From: Octopus vulgaris
Taxonomy: Eukaryota
Direction of reading: 5' to 3'
NCBI GenBank assembly: GCA_951406725.2
Contig: OX597820.1
Coordinates: 125,488,001 to 125,552,000, forward strand
DNA: 64,000 nucleotides
Shown: positions 13,673-27,604 of the stretch, one piece after another
How the letters are laid out: every line of letters starts with the position of its first letter
Position numbering within the stretch: the stretch's first letter is position 1
Notes under the pieces: generated by a model
The model's input: the letters and a program-made list of their open reading frames with translations, nothing else
Told to the model about the DNA's origin: nothing
The model's database searches: none
Made by a program: the position numbers and the translations under genes

Positions 13673-15184
13673 AAGCACGTTTGTATGTATGTCAATTATG
13701 TGTGTACGTATATATATATATATATATATAATTTAATAAATAAAATATATGCATACATACATATATGTACGTACCTACATCTACATGTATATATACATGC
13801 ATATATATATTTATATATGTGAGTACAGGACACCACAAATAAACGTAGAACACAACGAGAAACGAAAACATAAAAACAACTAGGAAACGGACTTTTTTTT
13901 AACAACAAAAAAACAGAGTACAAGACAAACAATACAAGGAATATTCCCCTTCATCAGCTGTCCCTGGGTCGACTCAATGCGTGTTTCGAAGGTAAGGACA
14001 GAACTCGATCCGACGATCTAATCCTTCCTGCAAAAGAATTAAATAAAATTCCTTTGCAGAGGGGTAAAAACAAGGAATGAAAAAAATGTGACAAGAACAG
14101 GAAGTAAAAGCAATACAAATAAAATACAATTACAAATAAAAATACAAATACAAAATAAAAATACAAATACAAAAAATACAGTACACATAAAGAATAAAAA
14201 CAGGACGTGTTATATTAAAATTATATTCATAATTACCAGTTAAAATTCTAGTATTGATCAATGCTTCTATATGATCATAATATAAAATACCTTTATATGA
14301 TCAACCAAATAACCTTGCATAATACAAGAGTATTCAATGTTCTGGTGTAACATCACCATTTTACATATTAGTTTTTTGTGGTAATTTCAAATATATACTA
14401 CCACAGTTGATTTGAATATATTAAGTTATACTTATTTTTTACACTGAAATTTTCGGTAGAATCAAAGATAACTACTTGATAATTTTATTATTATTTCAGA
14501 CATGTGAAATAGTGACATTGGTAATGGTTTTCATTGAACGCTGTATATATAACTCGGGTGTAGTGTATGTGAGTTTTGTAGAGCGTTTCTTTTGCTCTCC
14601 GTTGCGTTTGTGAGGGGTCGTTCCTTCTTTTAAATGCTACATATTAGCTTAGTTAATCTATTTTTGTTGTATGTGCTTAGTTCGTTTCTTATATAATTTT
14701 CCTATATTTAATTGTGTGAATTCCAGCGTTTTTACATGTTATCCCTGTGACGCTGCATTCCATTGTGTATTTTCCGATTATGTTATCCAATTAATGGTTC
14801 CGTTATAATGCACATAGCAGATATATCTATTTTAACGATCTCATTCGAATATCCATATTTTTTCTGCCATGCAAGATCTTCGGACCGAATACCGTATTAA
14901 TTTAATATGTCGCTATTGTATATTGGATGCAACGTAGCTGAATATAAGTGTGAAGTACTATGTCCTATTTTATTTTACCTCTGATACTACATTCACTCAT
15001 TCTTTATTTATTTCGGAGAACGTGAATTCCGATATATACCACATGTAACCATAACATCCTTCATTCTTCGGATTAAAATCCTTACATTATCGCCCATCAA
15101 AAGTCTAGGATTAGTGAAGCATCGTAATAGCAGACATTATGTCATAAATAAATAAATGATGATATTTCTATAGAATGTTATTAA

Positions 15185-15380
15185 GGCGGCAGCGAGCTGG
15201 CAGAATCGTTATCATGCAAGATAAAATATGTTGCGTCTTTACGTTCTGAGTTCAATTTCCGCTGAGGCTGAATTGACTTTTCATCTTTTCACGGTCCAGA
15301 TAGACGTTACCATTTCAGCAGTGGAGTTGATGCAATCGACTAGCCCATTCCCTCAGGCTGTGTTCCTACAGCATAAACAA
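15185..15380 (+). mobile_element. SINE family A, degenerate
   Basis: ggcggcagcgagctggcagaatcgtt..acgttctgagttcaatttccgctgagg. Confidence 0.75.
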
Positions 15381-15399
15381 TTATCATTATAATTAGTAT

Positions 15400-15950
15400 T
15401 GAGTGAGAGAGCAGTGCATGCAATCAAAGTGACACTGGGGTGAAATATACGAAGCCCAGTATACACATCATGACTAGCCGTCTGGTAAGGGTACATCAGG
15501 TACATGCATCATAACCATATGTGTGCAACATGGTGACCCCCCCCCTATCAAGATTAACAGCTCATGACCTTGCAGGTGAGGCCCAGCTAAAATTTGCATC
15601 AGGTGGAGTATCCCATCCCGCTCAAAAGATCCCTGAATAAGGGCTGTTTAAGTATGTTGAACGAAACAAACCTTGTTTCCAAAAGTGAATTATTCAAACC
15701 CCAAAGTATTCCTGTCAACACATAGCTATGATACTCCCCCACTACTACTGCTCGTGATCAGAGATGCACATATCGTCAGTCACTATGGGACATACTAAAC
15801 TGGTTAAAGTCAAAGATTTAATACGCACACTTGAGGTATTGAGCAGAATATTTGCTGTAGCCCAACTTTGATACAACGTACATGAAAACACTTCCAATCA
15901 GTTAAGATGAGAATTCATGAAAGTCGCTGCCTGGTACTGCATCAGGGTTT
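15400..15950. repeat. Probable interspersed repeat of unknown class bounded by TTA-rich tracts
   Basis: GC-richer block between TTA-rich sequences and SINEs; no recognisable protein motif; single copy in the window. Confidence 0.3.
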
Positions 15951-15958
15951 TTATTATT

Positions 15959-16177
15959 AGGCAGAAGCGTTAGCGCGCTGGGCGAAATGCTTAGCGGCAT
16001 TTCGTCTGTCGTTACGTTCTGAGTTCAAATTCCGCCGAGGTCGACTTTGCCTTTCATCCTTTAGGGGTCGATAAATTAAGTACCAGTTACGCACTGGGGT
16101 TGATGTAATCGACTTAATCCCTTTGTCTGTCCTTGTTTGTCCCCTCTATGTTTAGCCCCTTGTGGGTAGTAAAGAAA

Positions 16178-16178
<1 letters not shown>
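15959..16178 (+). mobile_element. SINE family A with (TTA)n tail
   Basis: Near-consensus copy followed by (TTA)n at 16179-16238. Confidence 0.9.
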
Positions 16179-16240
<62 letters not shown>

Positions 16241-16426
16241 ATACAGGTGTAATAATCGTTCACACAGCGACAATGGTCTTTTCAATCCGTGTAACGTACC
16301 AGTTAAAACAATATTTTACACTTACTTTCATGGATGGTAAATCAGGGCACATTCTCAAATAATTTTCACTTCATTTTTTAATCATACAAAGTGTTCCTAC
16401 AATCCTTGGTATTATAACCGCCTGAA

Positions 16427-16655
16427 GGCGGCGAGCTGGCAAAACGTTAGCACGACGGGCGAAATGCGTAGCCGTATTTCGCCTGTCGCTACGTTCTGAG
16501 TTCAAATTCCGCCGAGGTCGACTTTGCCTTTCATCCTTTCGGGGTCGATAAATTAAGTACCAGTTACGCACTGGGGTCGATATAATCGACTTAAACCGTT
16601 TGTCTGTCCTTGTTTGTCTTCTCTCTGTTTAGCCCCTTGTGGGTAGTAAAGAAAT
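16427..16655 (+). mobile_element. SINE family A, full length
   Basis: GGCGGCGAGCTGGC..GTTCTGAGTTCAAATTCC..CCCCTTGTGGGTAGTAAAGAAAT. Confidence 0.92.
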
Positions 16656-17049
16656 GGGTGTTAAAACCGCATTAAGATATCACCTTTGTTTTCAATTTCA
16701 ATGAGCAAATCTGTATATTTTCTGAGCTTGTCGATTTCTTTTACCGAGATATTATGATGAAAATTGTCGTTCAATAAACAAACTTTATTGCTCAGATATT
16801 TCACAACTATACCCGGTACATTACCTTTGATGGTTCAGGCTGCATGTACTAGACATTTCGAAAGAATCGTGAGGTTTACTTCTCGGGGTTTACGCTTGTA
16901 ACACTCGTCGACTATTTTGGGTTTATAATGCCGACATATTAACAAGTGTAGATATTGGCCAAATCTGTCATATCTTGATTTATTCTACACTACCGCAAAC
17001 ATTAACATTCACAGATTAGTAGGTCCATTCTTCTAATCTTATCCAAGCT

Positions 17050-17405
17050 AAGATGATCTTGAGCAGCTAATATGAAGCCTTCCCTCTCTGCATTTAACTC
17101 TGAGCTCCGTAGCCACTGATGACTACGTTTGGTATTGTTTGCTTCGGACCACATATTTTCCATGCAGACGTTTCTACTCCCACCTATCAGCCAATTGTTC
17201 TAGCCCTCTTTTTTCCTTGCCACTAATTGTACCATCTTTGCAACAACAGTTGCCGCATTTTCCCTCAGGTTATTCATCCTGGTTATCATGCATAAAGTCA
17301 ATAGCAAATATTTTGCTCTCCTTTATGACGGAATGAAGCTTCTTACCCTTCCCGTGATTTTCAACGACTTTTAGCATCCAGTCGCTAGTTGTCTCAAGAT
17401 ATTTA
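17050..17405 (-). mobile_element. Internal fragment of an R4/Dong-like non-LTR retrotransposon
   Basis: Minus strand: KYLETTSDWMLKVVENH..LEQLADRWE*KRLHGKYV..SHQWLRSSELNAEREGFILAAQD, homologous to the EGFIIAAQDQ region at ~7100. Confidence 0.8.
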
Positions 17406-19396
17406 GTCAGTCCGGTTGTGATTTCAATTACCAGGGAGGTCGACTTAGCCTTTCACCATTTCAGATTCGATAAAATAATTACCTGTTGAGCATTAGGTCT
17501 TCGTGTAATTGACTGGACCCCCTCCTACAAAATTTCAGGCGTTATACCTATTGTGGATGTTATGTCTTTTATTGCGAAAAGCGTGAGCGAGAGAGAGGGT
17601 GAGAGAGGGGAAAGAGGGGAGAGAGTGAGAGGGAGAAAGAAAGTAATATAATTTGATTGATGAGAGAGCAGAAATATGTGTAATGAAATAAAAAGAGATC
17701 GTGGTAATGTGGCAAGCTAAAATCGTAGAGCGATGCGTAAGATCAGTAAAATTGGGGAGAATTATGGAAGTGACGATTAAATGAATTGCGAGTGTTGTAG
17801 TGTGATACAAATGAAACTGCATGAAGTATGGTAACAAGGCGTAAAGTAGGTGAGAAAGAGAGGAAAAGGCAGTTGAAAGACGGAGTATGGTAGAAGAAAA
17901 TGGCATGCTAAGTAAAAACAGAAGAATATCACGATTCCGTGATAGTGTTGTTTGAAAGGACGAATAGGAAACAGAAAAGGCAGCAAGGTGAATTGTGGCA
18001 GAATATCTGAAAAGATTGGTATCATGAAAGTAAAGATGTTAGTGCGTAAGGAAATGGAGGCGTGACCGGACATGAGAGCAGCATGAATACAAATATTGCA
18101 GTGACGCCCAAAACAGGAATGGCGAGATGTTATTAATTGACAAAATAAGTCACTCTGTGTACCTTAGTTAGAAACCATTATTCCTTATTGATACGTCGGA
18201 GTTTCGCATCTAATAACTTATAATATTTATTCCGAATCATGGCATTGTGAGTTTGCAACATCTGCGCCAGAGAGAATAAATTTTTGACTTGAACAAAATG
18301 CAGTTGGAAGCGCATATCTGGTAAGTGTGAAATGCGAAAAACATATCTTCCCATGCCTCCACATTTTGTAAAATGTATAGGAATTAGAATAACGTCATAT
18401 AAACATTTCACGAAATCATTTGGGATTGCTTGTGTGTTTTCTACGAATGAACTGAGTATTTTGTCTAATGAACGAATGAAAATGTAGATCAGAGCCTGTT
18501 TGTGAGGAATTGAGTATTTAAGCAAAGGGCTCATAGAAATGTTATATTCCCCAACCGTTTATGTTCGTGCATCACAGTAAATGTCCCACAGAAGCAAGTG
18601 TGAGACTAGCCCTTGTCAAATTAATATTGGCGAGTATGTACGAGTAGAAGAAGTGAGTGCAACAAAATATGAGAAGTCAATATTCCTAAGACACAGCGAA
18701 ATCTTATGTCTAATCAAGAACTGTAACCAGTTGTAGTTACAGAAATACAACCAATGACTTTGACATGATAGAAGGACTGAATGTGTTACTTCTGTCAGCA
18801 AAGGACTTGATACCTCTCTGTTCTGAGCGCAAATAGGCTGACAAAATCAAGTGTAGGATCAAAAGGTAACCACTCCATCGGCACCCATCACGGTCGAAAT
18901 CCCGGAACTGACTTATGACAAGCAGCATTACATGTTTTTAGTGTGGAAGGTATTGGAATAAAGTTATGAAAAACACATACACTGCAACTATTAAATGATT
19001 GGAAAAATGTATAATATAATTCAGTAAATATAGTTGCTTAAAATTGATACAGGGGCTTAAACAGCATCATAAATATTTTAAAACATCGGTTGTACCCAAA
19101 CGTCCATAGGAGTCATGCGTGTGGTTAGAAGTTCAGCACAAAATGTCAAACGTCTAGGTTCAAGTTGTTGACTTCTGTAACTACTACGATTCGACATAAC
19201 ATTTGCATTTTACTGAGTATATGATAACTATAACTTGTGAAAAAGAAACTGTACAATAATGCAACTAGAATCAATTGTGTATTCTACAGACTTTGCATCG
19301 AATATATTATGGTATTAAAAGTATATAACATAAAGTATTTATTTAACACATACACACACACAAACAAACGGGCACATACACATACACACAAACAAA

Positions 19397-19451
<55 letters not shown>

Positions 19452-19732
19452 GTATTAATTATATGTAACATCAATTATATCCGATATCAAAATCTTCCTG
19501 ATTAGTTTTCTTTAAAGTCACAATGAGTTGCTTTGATGTTGCATAACTGTTTAGAAAATATTGATAAAAGTTCGCAGACCTACCTAAATAAACAGTTACA
19601 AATAAAACCGATTTCGCTGTTATATTTATATACAATATTCATTCATACACGTGAATGCATCAGTTCAAGAGATTCGGAATTTGGGAAACAGAGTTATGCC
19701 CCCACATTCTACAAACAAATACAGAAATCCAT

Positions 19733-19874
<142 letters not shown>

Positions 19875-19891
19875 CTCTATCTACCCATCTA

Positions 19892-19938
<47 letters not shown>

Positions 19939-20375
19939 CATAAGAAAAGAAAATAGAGATAAGGAGGTCAAGTGTTTATTATTAACAAATTGGTCATCTC
20001 CGCATCTTCGTTTCAATTAATACGGAATAACATTCAACGGTACATCTTTGTTTTTCACAGATTAAATTGCACTCATGTCACATAAATGTAAATTTAATGT
20101 GCAAATTTGTAATAAAATTATTGAGTAATAATTGAAACTGCTTTACGAAGCGATGAAAGACCAGTTTGTTACTAATAAACAATTATTAACTTACTTATCT
20201 ACATTTTCCGTTCTCCTTTTAAATGGATATCTTATATGCTTAATATATACCTATCGCTTTAAGGCAATTTCATTCCTCCAAAATCCTACGTATTCAATCA
20301 GTATTTCCTTTGGTGAAACCATCCCTTCACTAGGCTGACATATCCCCGAATTAAATTTAAATACATACCCATATA

Positions 20376-20444
<69 letters not shown>

Positions 20445-20701
20445 TTATATATATATGATGAATAGCATTCGCGTAAACCATTGGTTCGTTTTGTTCTCTT
20501 ACTTTATTATGATCTTATAATCATCTCTTAATAATGACCTTTATGACTCATATTACTACCTCAGTCTATCTAAATGTGTATATTTGTCACTACCTGTCAT
20601 AGATAGCCTTTTTCTATTTGCAATATGCATTTTCGTTGATTTTTCATATTTAACCTTACTTTTTCACGTGTATTTTATATTTTCTTTTCGTAACATATTT
20701 A

Positions 20702-20744
<43 letters not shown>

Positions 20745-20748
<4 letters not shown>

Positions 20749-21089
20749 GTATATAATTAAGTCATGCAATATTTTTCAAATTCAATCATAATTGTCAAAA
20801 ATGAACGAGATAAGATGTTTAAAAAGTTGTAAGAAATTTATTAATGTATACAACCGTTTCGTACATAGATATACATTCATTTTAGAATCTTGCAAATATC
20901 ACATTACTCATCAGTGCAGAGAAAAGATAATAGGAACTTAGAAATAGAGTAGAGAAGTTGGATATCTGAGTTTCATTCTTATCTGTTCCTTTCTAGTGAT
21001 AGTGATAGTGATGGGGGTCATGTCAATTATTAAACCACAACTAACGGTTGAACAGTTTGGGGATGATATAAATATAAAGATATCGACAA

Positions 21090-21127
<38 letters not shown>

Positions 21128-21240
21128 GTAGGTAAGTATATATTTGCTAATAAAATCTCCATATATGCAGCATCGGGTGATTTAGTTGGAGAAATGTCCA
21201 ATGAGAAAACCTTACCTAATGTAAATTAAATCTAACCGTT
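20745..21240 (-). mobile_element. HHR-containing non-autonomous element; inverted homologue of 23700-24145
   Basis: About 450 bp alignable by eye to the reverse complement of 23700-24145. HHR motif at 20845-20918 (TGCA-CTGATGA-GTA...TAC-GAAAC-ggtt-GTA-TACA). 3' end abuts (TA)n. Confidence 0.75.
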
Positions 21241-22193
21241 GAAAACAATACTTGGTGTTTTTTCTTATGAAATTCATAAACAGAAGAAGAATGTTTAGCG
21301 TAAAAATAATATGTTTGTAAAGCTTATACTAGAAAGTTAATATAGTCATTTATGAAAATGTAGGAATATTTAAAAAGGAATCTGGTTCACTCAAGATTGC
21401 TTTTAAGCTAGCATGGAAGTAAAATGAAGGAGAACATGAGGAAAAGTGGTAATTCCAATGCAAATATGACGATTAAAGTTGTATTATAACTTACGAAGAC
21501 TGTTATTCATAAGAGAGATAAGAGAATACTTTAGGAGATGTGGTAAGAAGATAAATTTTGAAGCAATAATGTATTAAATTAGAGGGAGTGAAAAGTAAAC
21601 GAAATTATACTAGTGTAGGAGAGATAAATAAGAAGAAACATAATAATGATCAAGTATGGGATGCGAAAAATAATGCGAAAAATAAAAGAATGAGGTATTA
21701 ATGATAAAGGTATTGTGTATGTAGTATAATGTTATACAAAAGGAATGTTTTGTATATATATATATATATATATATGATAAGTTGTCAAAAGTATTATTCT
21801 TGCTAAGTTTTATGTAAGATTGATAGGATATGTCTATATACGATCGTAATGAAAAAATATACACGATATGTAGATTCAGTGCATGTATATATATTAAAAT
21901 ATAAATATTGTTATGACCTACGAGTAGATAGATACACATAGCGGTACGTATAAAGTTACAAAAGTATAGGATAAATGCTTATCATATATAGAGTAGAATA
22001 TGTATATGCAATCACATAGGTATATAGATGCATACATACACATATAAGCATATTGGTACACAAATATATATACATAAACGTTAGACACACATGCTTATAC
22101 GTGAGCAAATACACCCATAAATATGTAAATAAAAACGTATATGTTTTTATATATACACGGATATATACACATATTTATATATATACACACACA

Positions 22194-22236
<43 letters not shown>

Positions 22237-22669
22237 ATATATACACATATATACATAAAACCGCATATATACACACGTAGAGAGACATAGAGGCATACAT
22301 AGATATGCGGACATATCAAATCACGCACAGCCCGACTATAACACACATGTGTATATAAACCAGTATTAAATATATACTTAATTGTAAGTTAGAATAACTA
22401 ATAACATATGCAAGTATTTAGTGAAGTAGATATGTTGGGATATAACAATGGGAGTACATATACATACGTATAAACATAAGTAGAAATATATATGTATAAT
22501 TAAATACAAATACATATGTATAGAGAAAATCTCCATTCAGAATAATGATCCTATATATAGAAGGTACTTCATTTTTCATTACGGAAATATTAAAATTAAG
22601 TAATTAAAGGGAATATATGCTATAGTAATACAATGGTGATAGACGTTTCTATGTTGGGTAATAAGGGAG

Positions 22670-22734
<65 letters not shown>

Positions 22735-22755
22735 CATATATATATATATATATAT

Positions 22756-22888
22756 GGCAAAAGAGACCGATAGAATATGTACTGGGCTTACAAAGAATAA
22801 GTCCCGATGTCGATTTGATCGATTGAAGGTGGTGCTCCAGAATGTTTGCCGCAGTCAAATGACTAAAACAAGTAAAAAGAGTAAAGAG
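22756..22888 (+). mobile_element. SINE family B, 3' fragment
   Basis: ggcaaaagagaccgatagaat..gtcgatttgatcga..ggtgctccag..gcagtcaaatgactaaaacaagtaaaaagagtaaagag. Confidence 0.85.
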
Positions 22889-22890
22889 TA

Positions 22891-22959
<69 letters not shown>

Positions 22960-23148
22960 TATATATATTGATTTTGAATTTGGTTTGCAAGATTCTTTAT
23001 ATGAGTTCGTGCGTTGTCAAACTATTATATAAACTATTACGTTGCAGGACGCAACGAAAATTTTATATTAAAATAATAAGATGGAAACTTTACCGGTGAA
23101 TGTTACATTATAAGGCACAAAAAGAAAATGACTCTCCCCAGACACAAC

Positions 23149-23230
<82 letters not shown>

Positions 23231-23285
23231 AAAATAAGTCAAAATATATAAAAATGCTAAAATAATTTTATAAACAACATTTCAG

Positions 23286-23326
<41 letters not shown>

Positions 23327-23699
23327 CTATAACCCAGTTTTAAATGCAACCGATATATATATATGAATATACATACATATATAAATGAGTCCTGCGTTAT
23401 AATTGTAAAAAGAAATACAACGTATTTGCTTTTTAAAATTTCTTTCAAATTTAAAAGCATTAGGGTCTCTACAATTTCAATTTGTATTGGTCGGTGGTCT
23501 AGTATTGTTATATATACGTGTTGTTGAATTGGATATTATTATATTATTATTATTGATATTGTTAATTGTATGATTATACGTTATTTATCAATATTATTGG
23601 ATGTTCTAGATTCAGGTTTAGTAATTGTGTTTTCATAAAGTTGACCTAATTTATTATTAAATGCAGATATTATCCTAGAAAGACTGAAAATCCAGTTCT

Positions 23700-24145
23700 A
23701 ATGTATTTATTATTTTTAACGTTTTCTCATTGGACATTGCTCTAACTAACTCACCCTATGCTACCTATATGGACATTTAATTAGGAAATCTATACTAATC
23801 CATACATTGAGAGTTATCGATAACTCTGTATTTATGTCATCCCCCAATCATTCATCTGTTAGTTGTGGTGTAATAATTGACATGACTCCCATCACATAGA
23901 TAGGGACAGATAAACAAGAAACTCATAGATCCAACGCCTTTGTTCTTTTTAAAGTTCATATTATTTTTTTCTCTGCACTGATGAGTACTATGATATTTGC
24001 AAAGTTCTAAAATGAATATATATCTACGAAACGATTGTATGTATCTATAAACTTTTCACAACATTTTAACATCTTATCTCCTCCATTTTTGACAAATATG
24101 ATTGGATTTGTAGAACTTCATTCTATAAATTAGTTATATACTTAA
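23700..24145 (+). mobile_element. HHR-containing non-autonomous element (same family as 20745-21240; related to ~5990-6100)
   Basis: Inverted homology with 20745-21240; contains the HHR at 23974-24043. Confidence 0.75.
23974..24043 (+). ncRNA. Type I hammerhead ribozyme-like motif with canonical core
   Basis: TGCA-CTGATGA-GTA(37 nt)TAC-GAAAC-gatt-GTA-TGTA. Stem I is 4 bp (one GU); GUA cleavage triplet. Confidence 0.72.
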
Positions 24146-24319
24146 TATGCTATTACTACTTTTCGTATCTTCGCCAATTTACTCCAGGAAACTCTCAGCA
24201 AAGTATGAAGAATCAACGTTAGAAATGTTTTTGGAAGCCACTCCAATTAAAGGTCGAATCCAGACTAATCCTTCCACACACGTATATATGTGCATATGGA
24301 TGTATGTGTGAATGTATAG

Positions 24320-24352
<33 letters not shown>

Positions 24353-24397
24353 CATATATATATATATATATATTTTACATTATCTTAATCTTATTTC

Positions 24398-24442
24398 GGC
24401 CAGAGTTCTTTCGTCACACTCCTGTGACCGCATCAATGGTCC
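24398..24442 (-). ncRNA. Degenerate minimal hammerhead-like motif
   Basis: Minus strand: GGACCA-TTGATGC-g-GTCAC[aggagt]GTGAC-GAAA-gaac-TC-TGGCC. Stems I and II clear; core has two substitutions. Confidence 0.55.
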
Positions 24443-27133
24443 TTTGTTTTCTTCTTTCTTATTTGTGTCTCTCTTTACTAAGTAAACGAGACATATAAAT
24501 ATATATATATATATATTTTATCGATCACTTTTGATGAAGCTACAGGTGTGTAAAGACACCAACGCCTGATGGTGTCTTTACATTTTGACTGATTACGAAC
24601 CACATAGGATTTCATTGTGGATGAAGACTCGTTTGTTATAATACTTATATTCACCAATTTCACATCTTAAAATGTCAACGTCTGTGGATGCCAAGATAAT
24701 TGCGACTTTCTTCAAAACATTCTATATCAGGCGCGTGAACAAATGAAGAAGATGGCTTGGAGCAGCCTGCTAAAATGGACACTGGGTGAAAGACGTTCTG
24801 CCTCAGTGCATCCAAAAAAGAACTCGTATTAAAGAAAGGACATAACATTTTTAGAGTCATAACATTACCATACAATATGTTTGAGATTTTAGCACGGAAG
24901 CTTCTATTCTGTACAGTACGGAAATATGCAAATTTGTACAATATTTATTCCATTGTTCGAAGGATACGTCCACCTGACGTGATACATCGTAGTGTGAGTC
25001 AGAGATATATCTTCTTTCCGTTGCCTTTTCGTATTTATAAAAATATTCGACAGTGATGACTATGCCTCCTTCGCCAAAGTGGTTTTCCTAAACAGAGTCA
25101 CATATGGTCATTTCCACAGATGACTAGCTGCTGCAATGCACATTGGAACCTATTCAGTGTGAAACATAAACTGGCACAGAACCTCGTGTTTTGTCAAGGA
25201 ACATATTTATCGTAGCAGTTTTGGAACTGCCATGATACTGCGGTGGTTAAAGACATTGCATGAAGTCCTGGAAAAGTCAAAACAAATGATATATTTGTCC
25301 TCGCATGTCCGTCATATTGTTGGGCAATTAGGACATCCAAATGGCTGACAGTATTCGAGAAAAATATCGAGTAATAGTCGTTTACAACTTGGAACACGTG
25401 AGTAACTTTCATGTGGAAAGAAGGATTCTGTGGGTAAACTGAACGACATACTAAGGTGCTCCGTGTCTGCTTCGCACCAGAGATTTTCTGTACGAAATAA
25501 TTTCTTTTCACAAATATTGTGAAGAATGCAGTCAAGAAATCGTAAGAATTAATAACCTTAGAGGGAGCTCTCTTTGAATCATTTTCATAGTCTCAGTAGT
25601 ATACTAGTAACTGATCGTAATGCTTTCTCTCCCTCAAAGCTTCTCTGTCCAGTTACAGGTATATATCCTTTCTCTTCACGTGAAAGTGAAACTTTTTCGC
25701 GATAAAGAGCTCCATCTACAGCCGAAGGTCTTCCCAGTTGCCTCCGGAATTCTGCTGGTGAGATAGCGACCTTAGATTTGTGGCTTACATATTTGCCAAA
25801 ATTCCGAATCTACAACGATGACAAACTTGACACGGTCATTGCTCTTTGTGTTAATTTTATTTTTTCTTCAAATCACCCCACCCCCAATGCATACTAATAG
25901 AGTCATTATTAGTATAATAATTCTCATCATATATTCAAAACGTACCTACTATTCTCTACTGTACAACCAGAGACACGGTTGTCTTCTTCAGATATGTGCA
26001 GAATTTGTATTTTTTCGTGTATGATTTCGTGTGTGAACTATATGCCATTTAGTTAAGGGATTTATTTAATTGGTTCTATTGTAACTTTTATTTTGCGTCA
26101 GAGTATTGTTTGAGATAAATTCAATGATGTATATTACATTACTGCGTAAGAAATGTGCATTGTAGTGTTCTTTTAGCTGTATTTGTGTCATATTATGATT
26201 GACATCGGAACTGATTCCATTCGAAGATTATAATATAAAGCAGTGAGGGGAATTGTATAGAATACGAGATCTACTTGTTATAGGCGATGTGAGTGATGTG
26301 CTTTTTCATTAAATATCGGTTACTTAAGTTTACATGTGCAATGATTGTGCATAGCATGTATGGCATATATTGTTTTAATATTGAGCGGCTTATCTTTAGC
26401 GTATGTGTTGTGAGACTTGTGTTAATTAGTAAACGATGCATGTATAAAACAAATATTATGAAAAGTGAAACTATTTGAATTCTACCATTGAAATATAAAT
26501 ATTTTCCGCCAGATGTAATGTCTGCTCCCCAACATAATGCATTGTTTTACTCCGTGAATAAGTGTGAGCCCTTCTATGTTCCACTATTCGTTTTTTCATC
26601 ACAGCTAGTGCTCCTATTCTTTGTAGCACTGTTTTGACTATCATACTCAACATCTCGAATACCGTAATTCCAATATTCTGTTATCGTTGTCAATCTCCTC
26701 CTTTGCGATATTTTAGTCACATAGAATCGCAATACCAACCATAATACAGCAATCAAAGTATACTGTTCCCGTCCTTGATAATATATTTGATAGCTAAATT
26801 TATCTTTCTGCGTCTCTTGAAGAGCTTGTCCAAGTTAGTCTTGACCAGACGGGTTTCCGTACAATGTTCCGCATATCTTTATATCTGGTCTTAATCACTT
26901 TCCCCTACACAAAAGCATATGAAAATAAGTTTCATAACTGATTCACTTATGTTTCTAAGTGTCATCGCAATTTGCTCAAACAATACAGACATTTATAATC
27001 TCTATTATTTAATTCACTTGATATACAAGTATGTAATAGAAGCACATATCATATATTATTAATAAAAGATATATTTGTGTTTAATTAGTGCCTGTCAATG
27101 TAGCAATTAATGTGGGTTTTTTTACACTTCTAG

Positions 27134-27299
27134 GCACCATTACGTCGGATGGCGATTCTACATCTATGATATCTGACTTAAGTGCAGCGACGAGTATATG
27201 GCAAGTTGATTCTCCATCTGGTCAGCGAATTTACCTTCGACTTCATTCATTAGGAGATGACACTTCATGCACTGAAAGTATTGAACTTGTAGACTTCAG
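27134..27299 (+). CDS. Probable internal exon of a host gene encoding a CUB-like domain
   Basis: Acceptor tttttttacacttctag|G and donor AG|gtaagc. Open frame GTITSDGDSTSMISDLSAATSIWQVDSPSGQRIYLRLHSLGDDTSCTESIELVDF fits the CUB pattern W-x-I/V-x-x-P-x-G-x-R-I-x-L..C-x-D/E-x-I/L-x-L-x-D. Phase 1 in, phase 2 out. Confidence 0.65.
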
Positions 27300-27508
27300 G
27301 TAAGCATTTTATTAATTCCTTCAAGATAAAATGTTTATTGTTGTTTATTTTGTGAATATGTTACAAAAATATATATAATGAATCATTCTCCAAGTAAAAC
27401 ATACAGGCATATAAGTATATTGATATGTCTTACTCTGGTCGTCGAAATAAATTTCACTATAATATTGATAGTTCTTCACACACACACAGAGATGTGTGTA
27501 TGTGAGTG

Positions 27509-27604
<96 letters not shown>

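Noticed and set aside
16427-16515. tRNA-like box A/box B sequences
   Set aside because: These are heads of SINE copies with an over-long internal spacer and attached bodies, not tRNA genes.
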